Shown one piece after another: positions 54,844 through 64,000 of a DNA stretch of 64,000 nt (positions are counted from its first letter, which is position 1; every line of letters starts with the position of its first letter). The notes under the pieces were generated by a model. That model made no database searches and was not told the DNA's origin. It saw only the letters and a program-made list of their open reading frames with translations. The DNA is from Dehalococcoidia bacterium (GTDB taxonomy: Bacteria; Chloroflexota; Dehalococcoidia; Bin125), in contig CBDESM010000003.1 of assembly GCA_965242485.1 (NCBI GenBank), forward strand, positions 1,357,362-1,421,361, given 5' to 3'. A program made the translations under genes and the position numbers.

Positions 54844-55132
54844 GCGGCTAGGCTTCCGCGTTCCGCGCGCGCGCCGCGCACTGTGCGGGAGGACTCGTCG
54901 AGGTGCACGGGCCGGCAGCCGGGCGGCTCGCACGGTCGCCCGCGACGTGCTGCGCGGAAGGATTCGTCAGGGTGCGCGGGCGGGTTGCCGTGGGATCTGG
55001 GCGGTCGCGCGGGGGGTGCTGTGCGAAGAGATTCGCCGGGGAGTGCGAGCGGGCGGGGGCGCGGGGGGGATAGAGTTGCGGGGATGCCGCGCGGCGGCGC
55101 GAGGGGAGGTTCAGGTGGAGATCACGGAGGTC

Positions 55133-55780
55133 ATGCGGACGGCGTTTTCGGCGCGGGAGTTCACGGATGATCCGGTGCCGGACGAGGTGCTGGAGCGCAT
55201 TTTGGAGCATGCGCGGTTCGCGCCGAGCGGGGGGAATCGCCAAGGCTGGCATGTGATCATCATCCGCGATCGTGCGGTGCGGGAGCGGCTGGCGGAGCTG
55301 GTGCAGGCGCCAGCGCGACGGTACATCGCGCAGGTGCAGGCGGGCGAGAGTCCGTGGAACTCGGTGCGGCCGTCGTCGGTGACGGAGGAGTCGGCGGCGG
55401 CGACGCGGGTGCCGGGCCGCCTGCACCAGCCGTACGTGGAAGCGCCGGCGCTGCTGGCGGTCTGCGTGGATCTGGGGGTGGTGGCGTCGACGGACAAGGA
55501 GCTGGATCGGGTGGGGGTGATTTCGGGCGCGTCGATCTACCCGTTCGTCTGGAACATCCTGCTGATGGCGCGGAACGAGGGGCTGGGCGGAACGCTGACG
55601 ACGCTGATCGCGGCGGCGGAGCCGGAGGCGCGGGAGCTGCTGCAGCTGCCCGAGGACTACGCGCTGTGCGCGCTGCTGCCGATCGGCAAGCCGGTGAAGC
55701 AGCTGACGAAGCTGCGGCGCGGCCCGGTCGGGGGGTTCGCGACGATCGACCGGTTCGACGGGGCGGCGTTCGGGGGCTAG
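55133..55780 (+). CDS. Nitroreductase family protein
   Basis: [44 protein letters not shown] is a classic nitroreductase N-terminus. An alternative GTG start lies at 55115. Confidence 0.7.
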   Translation: MRTAFSAREFTDDPVPDEVLERILEHARFAPSGGNRQGWHVIIIRDRAVRERLAELVQAPARRYIAQVQAGESPWNSVRPSSVTEESAAATRVPGRLHQPYVEAPALLAVCVDLGVVASTDKELDRVGVISGASIYPFVWNILLMARNEGLGGTLTTLIAAAEPEARELLQLPEDYALCALLPIGKPVKQLTKLRRGPVGGFATIDRFDGAAFGG

Positions 55781-56901
55781 CGGCCGGCGGCGATGAGGGC
55801 GTCGAGTTCCCGCTTGAGGCGCGGGAGGATTTCGTCGTAGGGGTAGTGGCCGAGCGATTCTTCGCCGCGCTTGAGGTTGACGGCGGCGGGGCCGCACCAG
55901 AGGCCGAGGTCGGCGTCGTCGGTTTCGCCGGGGCCGTTCACGCGGCAGCCCATGACGGCGATGGTGACGTCGTGGTCGGCGGCGTAGGCGCTCATCCGCT
56001 TCACGTCCTGGGCGAGTTCGACGAACTTTTCGTTTTCGACGCGGGAGCAGGAGGGGCAGGAGATGATGTTGAGGCCCTCGTCGAACTTGGGCGGGACGGA
56101 GCGGAAGCGGCCGGCGGCGATGTCGGCGAGGATTTCGCGGGCGGCATCGATCTCCATGCCCTTGTCGTCGAAGGGGACGGTGAGGGAGACGCGGACGGTG
56201 TCGCCGATGCCCTGGGAGATCAGCTGCTCGAAGGCGACGCGGGTCTTGATTATGCCGTCGGGCGGCATGCCGGCTTCGGTGACGCCGAGGTGGAGGGGGA
56301 CGTCGGGGCGTTCGGCGGCGAACTTGCGGTTGACTTCGACGACTTGCTTCCAGTCGGAGTCCTTGAGCGAGACGACGTAGCGGTCGAAGCCGAGGTCGTC
56401 GAGCAGGGCGCAGTGTTCGGCGGCGCTGGCGACGATGGCGGAGACGTGGTCGGTGGGGTAGCGCTCGAGCATGCGCGGGTCGATGGAGCCGCAGTTGACG
56501 CCGACGCGGATGGCGCAGTCGTGTTCGGCGGCGGTTTCGGCGATGAAGGCGACCTTGTCCTCGATGGACTTCTGCTTCTCGTGGTGGTGGAGATGGCCGG
56601 GGTTGTAGCGGATCTTGTCGACGTGGGGCGCGACGTCGGTGCAGAGGCGGTAGTTCTCCTGGAGGTCGACGGAGAGCGGGGCGGAGGTCTGCCCGCGGAC
56701 CCGGGCGAGGGCTTCGACGTCCCTCTTGGAGTCGACGGCGACGCGGACGAGGTCTGCGCCTGCGGCTTCGAGCAGGCGGACCTGGCGGACGGTGGCTTCG
56801 ACGTCTTGGGTGCGGGTGGCGGCCATGGATTGGACGGCGATGGGCGCGCCGGCGCCGATCTGGACGTCGCGGACTTTCACGGATCGCGTGGGGTTGCGCA
56901 T
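55777..56901 (-). CDS. ispG: 4-hydroxy-3-methylbut-2-en-1-yl diphosphate synthase (flavodoxin)
   Basis: Start [26 protein letters not shown] with GGAGGA RBS. Conserved GcpE C-terminal Cys cluster CPSCSR...GCRVNGPGE. Confidence 0.9.
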   Translation of the reverse strand: MRNPTRSVKVRDVQIGAGAPIAVQSMAATRTQDVEATVRQVRLLEAAGADLVRVAVDSKRDVEALARVRGQTSAPLSVDLQENYRLCTDVAPHVDKIRYNPGHLHHHEKQKSIEDKVAFIAETAAEHDCAIRVGVNCGSIDPRMLERYPTDHVSAIVASAAEHCALLDDLGFDRYVVSLKDSDWKQVVEVNRKFAAERPDVPLHLGVTEAGMPPDGIIKTRVAFEQLISQGIGDTVRVSLTVPFDDKGMEIDAAREILADIAAGRFRSVPPKFDEGLNIISCPSCSRVENEKFVELAQDVKRMSAYAADHDVTIAVMGCRVNGPGETDDADLGLWCGPAAVNLKRGEESLGHYPYDEILPRLKRELDALIAAGR

Positions 56902-56953
56902 GGGCCGGTCCTCCGTCCACAGTTTCGCACGCCGGCGGGCATACGATTCGAGG

Positions 56954-57358
56954 GTGCTGTTCAACGCGTTGTTCCTGTTCTTGTTTTTCGCGGCTTGGTG
57001 CGTGCTGGGGGTGCTGGCTTGGATTCCGCTGAGCCTGCGGCGGGGGGCGAAGGGGGCGCTGTTCGCGCTGCCGTTCGCGCTGGCGGGCGGCGCGGCGGGC
57101 GGTGCGGCGGTGCCGCTGCTGGGGCTGGATACGGGGGCCGGGATCGGGGCGAGCATGATCGCCGCGGCGTGCGGGGGGGCGCTGTTGTGCTGGCTGGGCT
57201 ACCGGGCTTGGGACGCGCTGGATTTGGGCGGGCGGTTCGCGGGCTGGGCGCGCGGGACGGGGCGCGGGGCCGGATGGGGCGGGGTATCGTCGCGGCAGTT
57301 TGATCGCGCTGATCACGGAAGCGAACCGGGCGGGCGCGAAGGGGAAAGGCGAGGCTGA
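56954..57358 (+). CDS. Possible small membrane protein translationally coupled to proS (TGATG overlap)
   Basis: GTG start. Hydrophobic segments ([24 protein letters not shown]; [24 protein letters not shown]) followed by a G/R-rich tail. Could be a non-coding leader instead. Confidence 0.25.
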   Translation: MLFNALFLFLFFAAWCVLGVLAWIPLSLRRGAKGALFALPFALAGGAAGGAAVPLLGLDTGAGIGASMIAAACGGALLCWLGYRAWDALDLGGRFAGWARGTGRGAGWGGVSSRQFDRADHGSEPGGREGERRG

Positions 57359-59088
57359 TGGCGGCGACGTCGACGCGGATGAGCGGGCTGATGGGGCGGA
57401 CGCTGCGGCGCGCGCCGGCGGACGTGGAGTCGGCCAACCACCAGCTGCTGCTGCGAGCGGGCTGCATCGTGCAGCTGTCGGCGGGCGTGTATTCGTTCCT
57501 CGCGCCGGCCTGGCGGGCGATCCGCAAGGTCGAGCAGATCATCCGCGAGGAGATGGAGGCGGCCGGGGCGCAGGAGATCCGGATGCCGGCGATCCAGCCG
57601 CTGGAGCTGTGGCAGGAGACGGGGCGGGACCAGTCCTACGGGCCGGTGCTGTTCCAGCTGCAGGATCGGCGGGAGCGGGCGATGGTGCTCGCGCCGACGC
57701 ACGAGGAGGCGGTGACGGACATTTTCCGCAAGACGGTGCAGTCGTACCGCGAGCTGCCGCAGCGGGTATTCCAGTTCCAGACGAAGTTCCGCGACGAGCC
57801 GCGGCCGCGCGGGGGGCTGACGCGGGTGCGCGAGTTCATCATGAAGGACGCGTATTCGTTCGACGCGGACGAGGAGTCGTTCCAGGCGACCTACGCGGCG
57901 ATGGCGCGGGCGTACCACAACGTTTTCCGGCGCTGCGGGGTGCCGGTGGTCGCGGTGCAGGCGGATTCGGGGGCGATCGGGGGGAAGCAGTCGGAGGAGT
58001 TCATCTTCCTGACGGAGATCGGCGAGGATTCGATCGCGCTGTGCCCGTCCTGCGGCTATGCGGCGAATCAGGAGCGGGCGGAGTTTTCGCGCGGCGATGC
58101 GCTGGTGGCGGAGCCGGGCGAGGTCGGGGAAGTGGCGACGCCGGGCGCGACGACGATCGCGGGGCTGGCGGAGTTCTTGGGGATCGCGGAGTCGGAGACG
58201 GCCAAGGCGGCGTTTTTCATGGCGGATTCGCGGCCGGTGTTCGCGGTGATCCGGGGCGATCTGGAGGTGAGCGAGCTGAAGCTGGCCAACGCGCTGGGGG
58301 CGCGGGAGATCCGTCCGATGGAGCCGGGCGAGGTGGCGGCGCAAGGCTGGGTGGCGGGATCGGCGTCGCCGGTCGGGATCGATCCGGAGCTGGTCGTCGC
58401 CGATCCGAGCGCGGCGGAGTTCCCGAACCTGGTCGGGGGGGCGAACCGCGAGGGGGTGCATCTGCGCAACCTGAACTACGGGCGGGATTGGACGGCGGCG
58501 ACGGTGGCGGACATCGGGATGGCGCGGGCGGGGGATCCGTGCGCGTCGTGCGGGGCGGGGCCGGAGCTGGAGCTGCAGCGGGGGATCGAGCTGGGGCACA
58601 TTTTCCGGCTGGGGGAGGTGTACGCGGAGCCGATGCAGGCGGCGTACCTGAACGAGGCGGGCGAGCGGGCGCTGCCGATCATGGGCTGCTACGGGATCGG
58701 GCTGGAGCGGCTGGTGGCGGCGGTGGTCGAGGCGAACCACGACGAGGCGGGCATCCGCTGGCCGGCTTCGGTGGCGCCGTGGGACGTGCAGGTGACGGCG
58801 ATCCAGCCGTCGGACGGGGCGGTGGCGGCGGCGGTCGATTCGCTGGAGGCGGAGCTGGGGGAGCGGGGGATCGCGGCGCTGATCGACGACCGCGAGGAGC
58901 GGCCGGGGGTGAAGTTCAACGACGCGGACCTGATCGGGCTGCCGCTGCGGGTGACCGTGGGTCCGCGCGGGCTGGCGGAGGGGAAGGCGGAGCTGAAGCG
59001 GCGCGGCGGCGGCGAGGCGCGGGACGTGGAACTGGCCGACGCCGCGGCCGCGGTCGTGGAGGCGCTGGCCGAGGCAGCCGGCGGATAA
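57358..59088 (+). CDS. proS: Proline--tRNA ligase (bacterial type with editing/INS domain)
   Basis: 576 aa. HQLLLRAGCIVQ start region, class II aaRS motifs, C-terminal anticodon-binding domain. Confidence 0.9.
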   Translation: MAATSTRMSGLMGRTLRRAPADVESANHQLLLRAGCIVQLSAGVYSFLAPAWRAIRKVEQIIREEMEAAGAQEIRMPAIQPLELWQETGRDQSYGPVLFQLQDRRERAMVLAPTHEEAVTDIFRKTVQSYRELPQRVFQFQTKFRDEPRPRGGLTRVREFIMKDAYSFDADEESFQATYAAMARAYHNVFRRCGVPVVAVQADSGAIGGKQSEEFIFLTEIGEDSIALCPSCGYAANQERAEFSRGDALVAEPGEVGEVATPGATTIAGLAEFLGIAESETAKAAFFMADSRPVFAVIRGDLEVSELKLANALGAREIRPMEPGEVAAQGWVAGSASPVGIDPELVVADPSAAEFPNLVGGANREGVHLRNLNYGRDWTAATVADIGMARAGDPCASCGAGPELELQRGIELGHIFRLGEVYAEPMQAAYLNEAGERALPIMGCYGIGLERLVAAVVEANHDEAGIRWPASVAPWDVQVTAIQPSDGAVAAAVDSLEAELGERGIAALIDDREERPGVKFNDADLIGLPLRVTVGPRGLAEGKAELKRRGGGEARDVELADAAAAVVEALAEAAGG

Positions 59089-59198
59089 CGATCCGGACGC
59101 GGCCGGGCGGCGGGGCGCGTGTACACTTGAGGGCAGCGGGATTTCGATCCGCCGATGACGAAGCGCGCCGGACGGGCGGGCGCGAGCGAGCCGACGAG

Positions 59199-60629
59199 AT
59201 GAACGCCGATTTCCTGATTTCGATCAAGCAGCTGACGGCCGAGAAGGCGCTGGACGAAGACGTGGTGTTCGGCGCGGTGGAGCGCGGGATGGCGGCGGCG
59301 GTGAAGCGGGGCTACGGGATGGCGGGCGCGGTGCAGGTGCGGATCGACCGTTCGGGCGGCGGGATGGACGTGTGGTCGGAGCTGGAGGTGGTGGAGATCG
59401 AGGAAGACATCGAGGACGAGGATCTGCAGATCGAGCTGGAGCGGGCGCGGGAGATCAAGCCGGAGGCGCAGATCGGGGAGATGCTGCGCGAGGACCACGA
59501 GATCAGCGGCGTGGGCGGGCGGATCGAGGCGCAGACGGCGAAGCAGGTGGTGCTGCAGGCGCTGCGCGAGGCGGAGCGGGACGCGGTGTTCTCGGAGTAT
59601 TCGGGGCAGGAAGGGGGGATCATTTCGGGCACGGTGCTGCGGGTGGATCAGGGGCAGGTGACGGTGGATCTGGGGCGGGCGCAGGCGATCATGCCGCTGT
59701 CGGAGCAGGTGCGGACGGAGCGGTTCCGCAGCGAACAGCGGGTGAAGGCGGTGATGGTGGAGGTGCTGAAGGCGGCGAAGGGGCCGCAGGTGGTGATCAG
59801 CCGCAACCGGCCGGAGTTCGTGCAGCGGCTGTTCGAGCTGGAAGTGCCGGAGATCAGCCGGGGGCTGGTGGAGATCGCGGCGATCGCGCGGGAGCCGGGG
59901 CAGCGGACGAAGGTGGCGGTGCACGCGCGTCAGGAGGGGGTGGACCCGGTCGGGGCCTGCGTGGGGATGCGGGCGGCGCGGATCCAGAACGTGGTCAACG
60001 AGCTGGACGGGGAGCGGATCGACGTGATCCAGTGGGATCCGGATCCGCGGCGGTACGTGGAGCACGCGCTGAGCCCGGCGCACGTGCTGGCGGTGCGGAT
60101 CGACCCGGAGACGAATACGGCCGAGGTGGCGGTGCCGGACCCGCAGCTGAGCCTGGCGATCGGGCGGGAGGGGCAGAACGCGCGGCTGGCGGCGCGGCTG
60201 ACGAAGCTGCGGATCGACATCAAGCCGCAGACGGTGGCGGAGCGGCTGCAGGCGGAGAACCGGGGGGCGTTCGCGCCGCAGGCGGAGCTGGAGATCGCGC
60301 CCGAGGCGCCGGTCGCGCCGGCTCCTCCGACGGCTGCCCCGCCGGAGGAGCCCGAGCCCGCTCCGGCGCCGGTTCCCGCGGCCGCGCCGCAGGAGGATCG
60401 TCCGGCGGCGGTCGAGGGGGCGGAGCCGGAAGAGGAGCTCGAGCCGGAGCCGGTCGCGGCGGCGGCGGAGCTGGGAGGGGATTCGCGGCCCGGCCAGATC
60501 CGCTTCGGCGAGGACGTGCTGCGGCGGGAGATCGAGGAGCCGCGGCGGCAGCGGCGGCGCCCGCGCTACTACGAAGTCGACGAAGGCTTGGAAGACGACC
60601 CCTACGCGGAATACGAGGACGAGTTCTAA
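59199..60629 (+). CDS. nusA: Transcription termination/antitermination factor NusA
   Basis: Start [29 protein letters not shown]1 and KH domains; acidic Pro/Glu-rich C-terminal tail. The listed 1109-aa ORF is mostly 5' extension. Confidence 0.9.
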   Translation: MNADFLISIKQLTAEKALDEDVVFGAVERGMAAAVKRGYGMAGAVQVRIDRSGGGMDVWSELEVVEIEEDIEDEDLQIELERAREIKPEAQIGEMLREDHEISGVGGRIEAQTAKQVVLQALREAERDAVFSEYSGQEGGIISGTVLRVDQGQVTVDLGRAQAIMPLSEQVRTERFRSEQRVKAVMVEVLKAAKGPQVVISRNRPEFVQRLFELEVPEISRGLVEIAAIAREPGQRTKVAVHARQEGVDPVGACVGMRAARIQNVVNELDGERIDVIQWDPDPRRYVEHALSPAHVLAVRIDPETNTAEVAVPDPQLSLAIGREGQNARLAARLTKLRIDIKPQTVAERLQAENRGAFAPQAELEIAPEAPVAPAPPTAAPPEEPEPAPAPVPAAAPQEDRPAAVEGAEPEEELEPEPVAAAAELGGDSRPGQIRFGEDVLRREIEEPRRQRRRPRYYEVDEGLEDDPYAEYEDEF

Positions 60630-60717
60630 TCTTCCGCCAGGGAACGGGCGGGGGCGTCCGTCCGCGGCGATGCGGAGCGGCCGGCGGACTCCCGCGCGAA
60701 CGGGGAGGCCGACCGGG

Positions 60718-61008
60718 ATGATCGAGACGGGGCAACGGGGCGGAGGGAGAGCCGGCGGCGGGCCGATCCGGCGCTGCGCGTCGTGCCGGGCGCAACGGGC
60801 GCGGGGTGGGATGCTGCGGGTGGTGCGGCGCGCGGACGGCTCGGTCGAGCTGAGCCGGGGCGGGCACGCGGACGGGCGCAGCGCGTACGTCTGCCGGGCG
60901 AAGGAATGCATCGAACGGGCGGCCGCGGGGCCGCCCTTGGCGCGCGCGCTGCGGACGTCCGTCCCGGCCGCCGTGCTGGCGGAGCTGAAGGCAGAGGAGG
61001 CGGCATGA
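60718..61008 (+). CDS. ylxR: YlxR-family (DUF448) RNA-binding protein
   Basis: [47 protein letters not shown] is the YlxR pattern. Position between nusA and infB. ATGA overlap with infB. Confidence 0.6.
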   Translation: MIETGQRGGGRAGGGPIRRCASCRAQRARGGMLRVVRRADGSVELSRGGHADGRSAYVCRAKECIERAAAGPPLARALRTSVPAAVLAELKAEEAA

Positions 61009-62864
61009 CCACGGCACAAGCCGGCGCGGCGGTGCAGATCCCGCGCACGCTGACGGTGCGCGAGCTGGGCGACCTGCTGGGCCAGACGCCGGTCACGATC
61101 ATCAAGGTGCTGATGACGAACGGCGTCATGGCCGACGTCAGCAAGACGCTGGACTTCGACACGGCGGCGGTCGTCGCGGTCGACTTGGGCTTCGAACCGG
61201 AGGAGGGGCCGGCGCCGACGGCGGACGCGCCGGCGCTTGCGCCGCTGACGGCGGTCGACCTCGCGGGCGGGGACGAGGCGGAGGAAGATCCGCTGCAGCT
61301 GGCGCCGCGGCCGCCGGTGGTGGCGGTGCTTGGGCATGTCGACCACGGCAAGACGTCGCTGCTGGATCGGATCCGGTCGGCGAACGTGGCGGACGGCGAG
61401 GCGGGCGGGATCACGCAGCGGGTGGGCGCGTACCAGGCCTCGCTGCCGACCTCCGAGGGGCCGCGGCTGCTGACGTTCATCGACACGCCGGGCCACGAGG
61501 CGTTCACGGAGATGCGCGCGCGGGGGGCGAACGCGACCGACATCGCGGTGCTGGTGGTGGCGGCGAACGACGGGGTGATGCCGCAGACGCGGGAGGCGAT
61601 CGATCACATCCACGCCTCGGGCGCGAAGATGGTGGTGGCGCTGAACAAGATCGATTTGGAAAACACGGATCCGGCGCGGGTGAAGACGGCGCTGGCGGAG
61701 CATGGCGTGCAGGTCGAGGAGTACGGCGGCAGCGTGCCGCTGCGGGAGGTGTCGGCGACCGAGGGGACGGGGATCGACGAATTGCTGGAGACGATCGTGC
61801 TGGTGGCGGACTTGGAGAATTACCAGGCGAATCCGGCGGGATCGGCGCGGGGCGTGGTGCTGGAAGCGGAACTGGACCGGCGGCAGGGGCCGCGGACGAC
61901 GCTGCTGGTGCAGCGGGGGACGCTGCGGCAGGGGGATTCGCTGCTGGCCGGCCGGACCTGGGGCCGGGTGAAGGCGATGACGTCGTTCAGCGGCGAGCGG
62001 CTGCTGGAGGCGGGGCCGTCGACGCCGGTGGTGGTGCTGGGCCTGCAGGAAGTGGCGGAGGCGGGGGACCGCTTCGCGACGGCGAAGAGCGACCGGGAGG
62101 CGCGGCGGATCCACGAGCAGGCGAAGCGGGAGCGGGAGGCGCGGGAGGCGCAGCTGCGGCGGGGGGCCGGGCTGGACGCGCTGTTCGACGAGATTTCGCG
62201 CGGCGAGACAACGTCGCTGAACTTGATCGTGAAGACGGACGCGGTGGGCAGCGTGGAGGCGCTGCGCGAGTCGCTGGAGCGGCTGTCGAACCCGGAGGTG
62301 CGGGTGAAGGTGATCCACGCGAGCGCGGGGGCGGTCTCGAACGCGGACGTGAGCCTGGCGGCGGCCTCGAAGGGGATCGTGATCGCGTTCAATACGGGCG
62401 TGGAGCCGGCGGCGGAGAAACTGGCGGAAGGCGAGGGGATCGAGATCCGCTCGTACGAGATCATCTACGAGGCGATCGAGCAGGTGGAGGCGGCGATCAG
62501 CGGGATGCTGAAGCCGATCGAGGCGGAGATCGAGGAGGCGCGGGCGGAGGTGCTGCAGGTGTTCCCGATCCGCGGGCTGGGCAACATCGCCGGCTGCCGC
62601 TTGCTGGAGGGGACGGTGCGGCGGGGCGCGCGGGCGCGGGTGCGGCGCGGCGGCGAGGAGATCGCGGACGGGCCGATCAGCAGCCTGCGGCGCTTCCAGG
62701 ACGACGTGCAGCAGGTCGAGGCGGGGCAGGAGTTCGGCGTGGCGCTGGAGCGGTTCGACGGCTTCGAGCCGGGCGACGCGATCGAGTTCTACCGGGTCGA
62801 GGTGCAGTCGCGCGTGATTTCCGGCGGCGAGATCCGGCCGGCGCCGGACGCGGCGCGGAACTGA
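61005..62864 (+). CDS. infB: Translation initiation factor IF-2 (short form)
   Basis: Start [11 protein letters not shown] after GGAGG. G-domain [12 protein letters not shown]...DTPGH...NKID. Confidence 0.9.
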   Translation: MTTAQAGAAVQIPRTLTVRELGDLLGQTPVTIIKVLMTNGVMADVSKTLDFDTAAVVAVDLGFEPEEGPAPTADAPALAPLTAVDLAGGDEAEEDPLQLAPRPPVVAVLGHVDHGKTSLLDRIRSANVADGEAGGITQRVGAYQASLPTSEGPRLLTFIDTPGHEAFTEMRARGANATDIAVLVVAANDGVMPQTREAIDHIHASGAKMVVALNKIDLENTDPARVKTALAEHGVQVEEYGGSVPLREVSATEGTGIDELLETIVLVADLENYQANPAGSARGVVLEAELDRRQGPRTTLLVQRGTLRQGDSLLAGRTWGRVKAMTSFSGERLLEAGPSTPVVVLGLQEVAEAGDRFATAKSDREARRIHEQAKREREAREAQLRRGAGLDALFDEISRGETTSLNLIVKTDAVGSVEALRESLERLSNPEVRVKVIHASAGAVSNADVSLAAASKGIVIAFNTGVEPAAEKLAEGEGIEIRSYEIIYEAIEQVEAAISGMLKPIEAEIEEARAEVLQVFPIRGLGNIAGCRLLEGTVRRGARARVRRGGEEIADGPISSLRRFQDDVQQVEAGQEFGVALERFDGFEPGDAIEFYRVEVQSRVISGGEIRPAPDAARN

Positions 62865-62877
62865 TCGGGCGTCCGCG

Positions 62878-63273
62878 GTGGCCGGGCAGGAGCGGATGCC
62901 GCGCGTGAACGAGCTGCTGCGGGGCACGATCGCGGAGATCGTCGCGGACGAGCTGAAGGACCCGCGGCTGGACGTGGCGGTGCTGAGCGTGACGGAGGTG
63001 CGGGCGGCGCGGGACCTGCGGACGGCGCGGGCGTTCATCTCGGTGATGACGTCGCCGGACGACGAGGAGCGGGACGCGCGGACGGCGCCGGCGGAGGCGC
63101 TGCGGGCGTTGGAGGGGGCGGCGCCGCTGGTGCACCGGCTGCTGAAGCGGAGGCTGCGGATGAAGCGGGTGCCGATGATCCGGTTCGAGCTGGATCCGCG
63201 GATGGCGGCGGCGGCGGAGCTGCAGGAGCGGCTGCGGGCGCTGGGCGCGGGGGAAGCGGCGGCCGCGCCGTGA
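62878..63273 (+). CDS. rbfA: Ribosome-binding factor A
   Basis: [31 protein letters not shown] matches the RbfA N-terminus. Confidence 0.8.
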   Translation: MAGQERMPRVNELLRGTIAEIVADELKDPRLDVAVLSVTEVRAARDLRTARAFISVMTSPDDEERDARTAPAEALRALEGAAPLVHRLLKRRLRMKRVPMIRFELDPRMAAAAELQERLRALGAGEAAAAP

Positions 63274-64000
63274 GCGAGGAGGGCGGGCGGCCGGAGCGGC
63301 GGCGCGGCGGGCCGCGCGGGCGGCGGCGGCGCGGCAGCGACGGGCCGGCCCTGATCCTGCTGATCGACAAGCCGAGCGGGCCGACCTCGCACGACATGGT
63401 GCGGGAGGCGCGGCGCTGGACGGGGCTGCGGCGGATCGGCCACGGGGGCACGCTGGACCCGCTGGCGACGGGGCTGCTGCCGCTGTTCGTGGGCCCGGCG
63501 ACGCGGCTGAACGAGTACCTCGGCGCCTACGACAAGGAGTACGAGGCGACGGTGCTGCTGGGCGCGGCGACGGATACGGACGACAGCGAGGGGGAGGCGA
63601 TCTCGGGCGGGCCGATCGAGGGCATCGGCGCGGCGGAGATCGAGCGGGCGCTGGAGCGGTTCCGGGGGGAGATCGATCAGGTGCCGCCGAAGTTCAGCGC
63701 GGTGAAGCGGCAGGGCGTGGCGGCGCACCGGGCGGCGCGGGCGGGCGAGCCGCTGGAGCTGGAGCCGCGGCGGGTGACGGTGCATGAGCTGGAGCTGCGT
63801 TCCTACGAGCCGCCGCACGCGGAGCTGGCGATGCGGGTGAGCACGGGGACGTACGTGCGGGCGATCGCGCGGGATCTGGGCGAGGCGCTGGGCTGCGGGG
63901 CGCACGTCGTGGCGATGCGGCGGACGGCGATCGGCGCGGTGCGGGCGGAGGACGCGCATCGACCGGAGGAATTCGAGGCGGCGGCGGACGCGGAGCGGAT
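63270..64000 (+). CDS. truB: tRNA pseudouridine(55) synthase TruB (3'-partial, runs off window)
   Basis: LIDKPSGPTSHDMV...GHGGTLDPLATGLL is the catalytic Asp motif. GTGA overlap with rbfA; the exact start is uncertain. Confidence 0.8.
   Translation, partial: MSEEGGRPERRRGGPRGRRRRGSDGPALILLIDKPSGPTSHDMVREARRWTGLRRIGHGGTLDPLATGLLPLFVGPATRLNEYLGAYDKEYEATVLLGAATDTDDSEGEAISGGPIEGIGAAEIERALERFRGEIDQVPPKFSAVKRQGVAAHRAARAGEPLELEPRRVTVHELELRSYEPPHAELAMRVSTGTYVRAIARDLGEALGCGAHVVAMRRTAIGAVRAEDAHRPEEFEAAADAER

Noticed and set aside
58689-63959. 1756-aa minus-strand ORF antisense to proS–nusA–infB–rbfA (and similar giant ORFs 43679..46426, 8259..10310, 1037..3214, 55354..57303, 44119..46281)
   Set aside because: Extreme R/G/A/P/H composition, no motifs, and overlap with well-supported genes on the other strand. 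These are typical stop-codon-poor antisense frames in ~70% GC DNA.
1-64000. CRISPR arrays, rRNA and tRNA genes
   Set aside because: No regularly spaced direct repeats with unique spacers. No tRNA-like T-loop/acceptor signatures in any intergenic gap (all gaps are short and GC-rich or already assigned). Nothing rRNA-like.

Overview
This is a 64 kb window of high-GC bacterial chromosome, roughly 68-70% GC, with GGAGG-type Shine-Dalgarno sequences. The gene content looks Actinobacteria-like or Chloroflexi-like. Branched-chain amino-acid genes are present (ilvE, ilvB, ilvN, ilvC and a Leu/Val dehydrogenase), as are F420/LLM-type oxidoreductases. I could not assign a taxon from sequence alone. The long antisense ORFs in the six-frame track are GC-skew artefacts; I chose real genes by amino-acid composition, recognisable family motifs and RBS/start context.

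Conserved core: plsY, a geranylgeranyl-reductase-family protein, ilvE, ilvBNC, an acyl-CoA carboxyltransferase, several SDRs, an amidohydrolase, a TPP decarboxylase split into alpha and beta subunits, a double-domain CoA-transferase, uppP, ispG, proS, and the nusA–ylxR–infB–rbfA–truB operon.

Two accessory islands interrupt this core, each with local GC drops.

Island 1 (about 29.7–36.7 kb):
- a tandemly duplicated gene of unknown function, one copy translationally coupled to a PIN (VapC) gene;
- a secreted Gly/Ser-repeat protein;
- a 945-aa single-polypeptide nuclease–N6-adenine-methyltransferase of the MmeI/Type IIL kind. It carries an in-frame homopolymeric G16 tract, which is a candidate phase-variation switch. 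Its 5' end is rearranged: a diverged pseudo-copy of the first ~115 codons is split by a ~0.95 kb low-GC insertion that carries an opposite-strand membrane-protein gene.

Island 2 (about 46.3–53.9 kb):
- a beta-class DNA methyltransferase fused to a C-terminal HNH nuclease, followed by two small low-GC genes;
- a secreted protein built from tandem repeats;
- a degraded IS481-family transposase;
- an operon-like array of two uncharacterised paralogous families, arranged as translationally coupled ~150-aa and ~260-aa pairs (B-A, A, B-A). This array is my best candidate for an undescribed system.

Other accessory items:
- three paralogous MerR-like-HTH + DUF433 genes, two of them with overlapping DUF5615 (PIN-like) partners;
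- an orphan Panacea-domain (SocA-like) gene;
- a secreted HExxH metalloprotease whose coding sequence falls from ~65% to ~35% GC midway;
- a tandem pair of secreted paralogues whose 3' halves are homogenised.

I recognised no rRNA, tRNA or CRISPR array.
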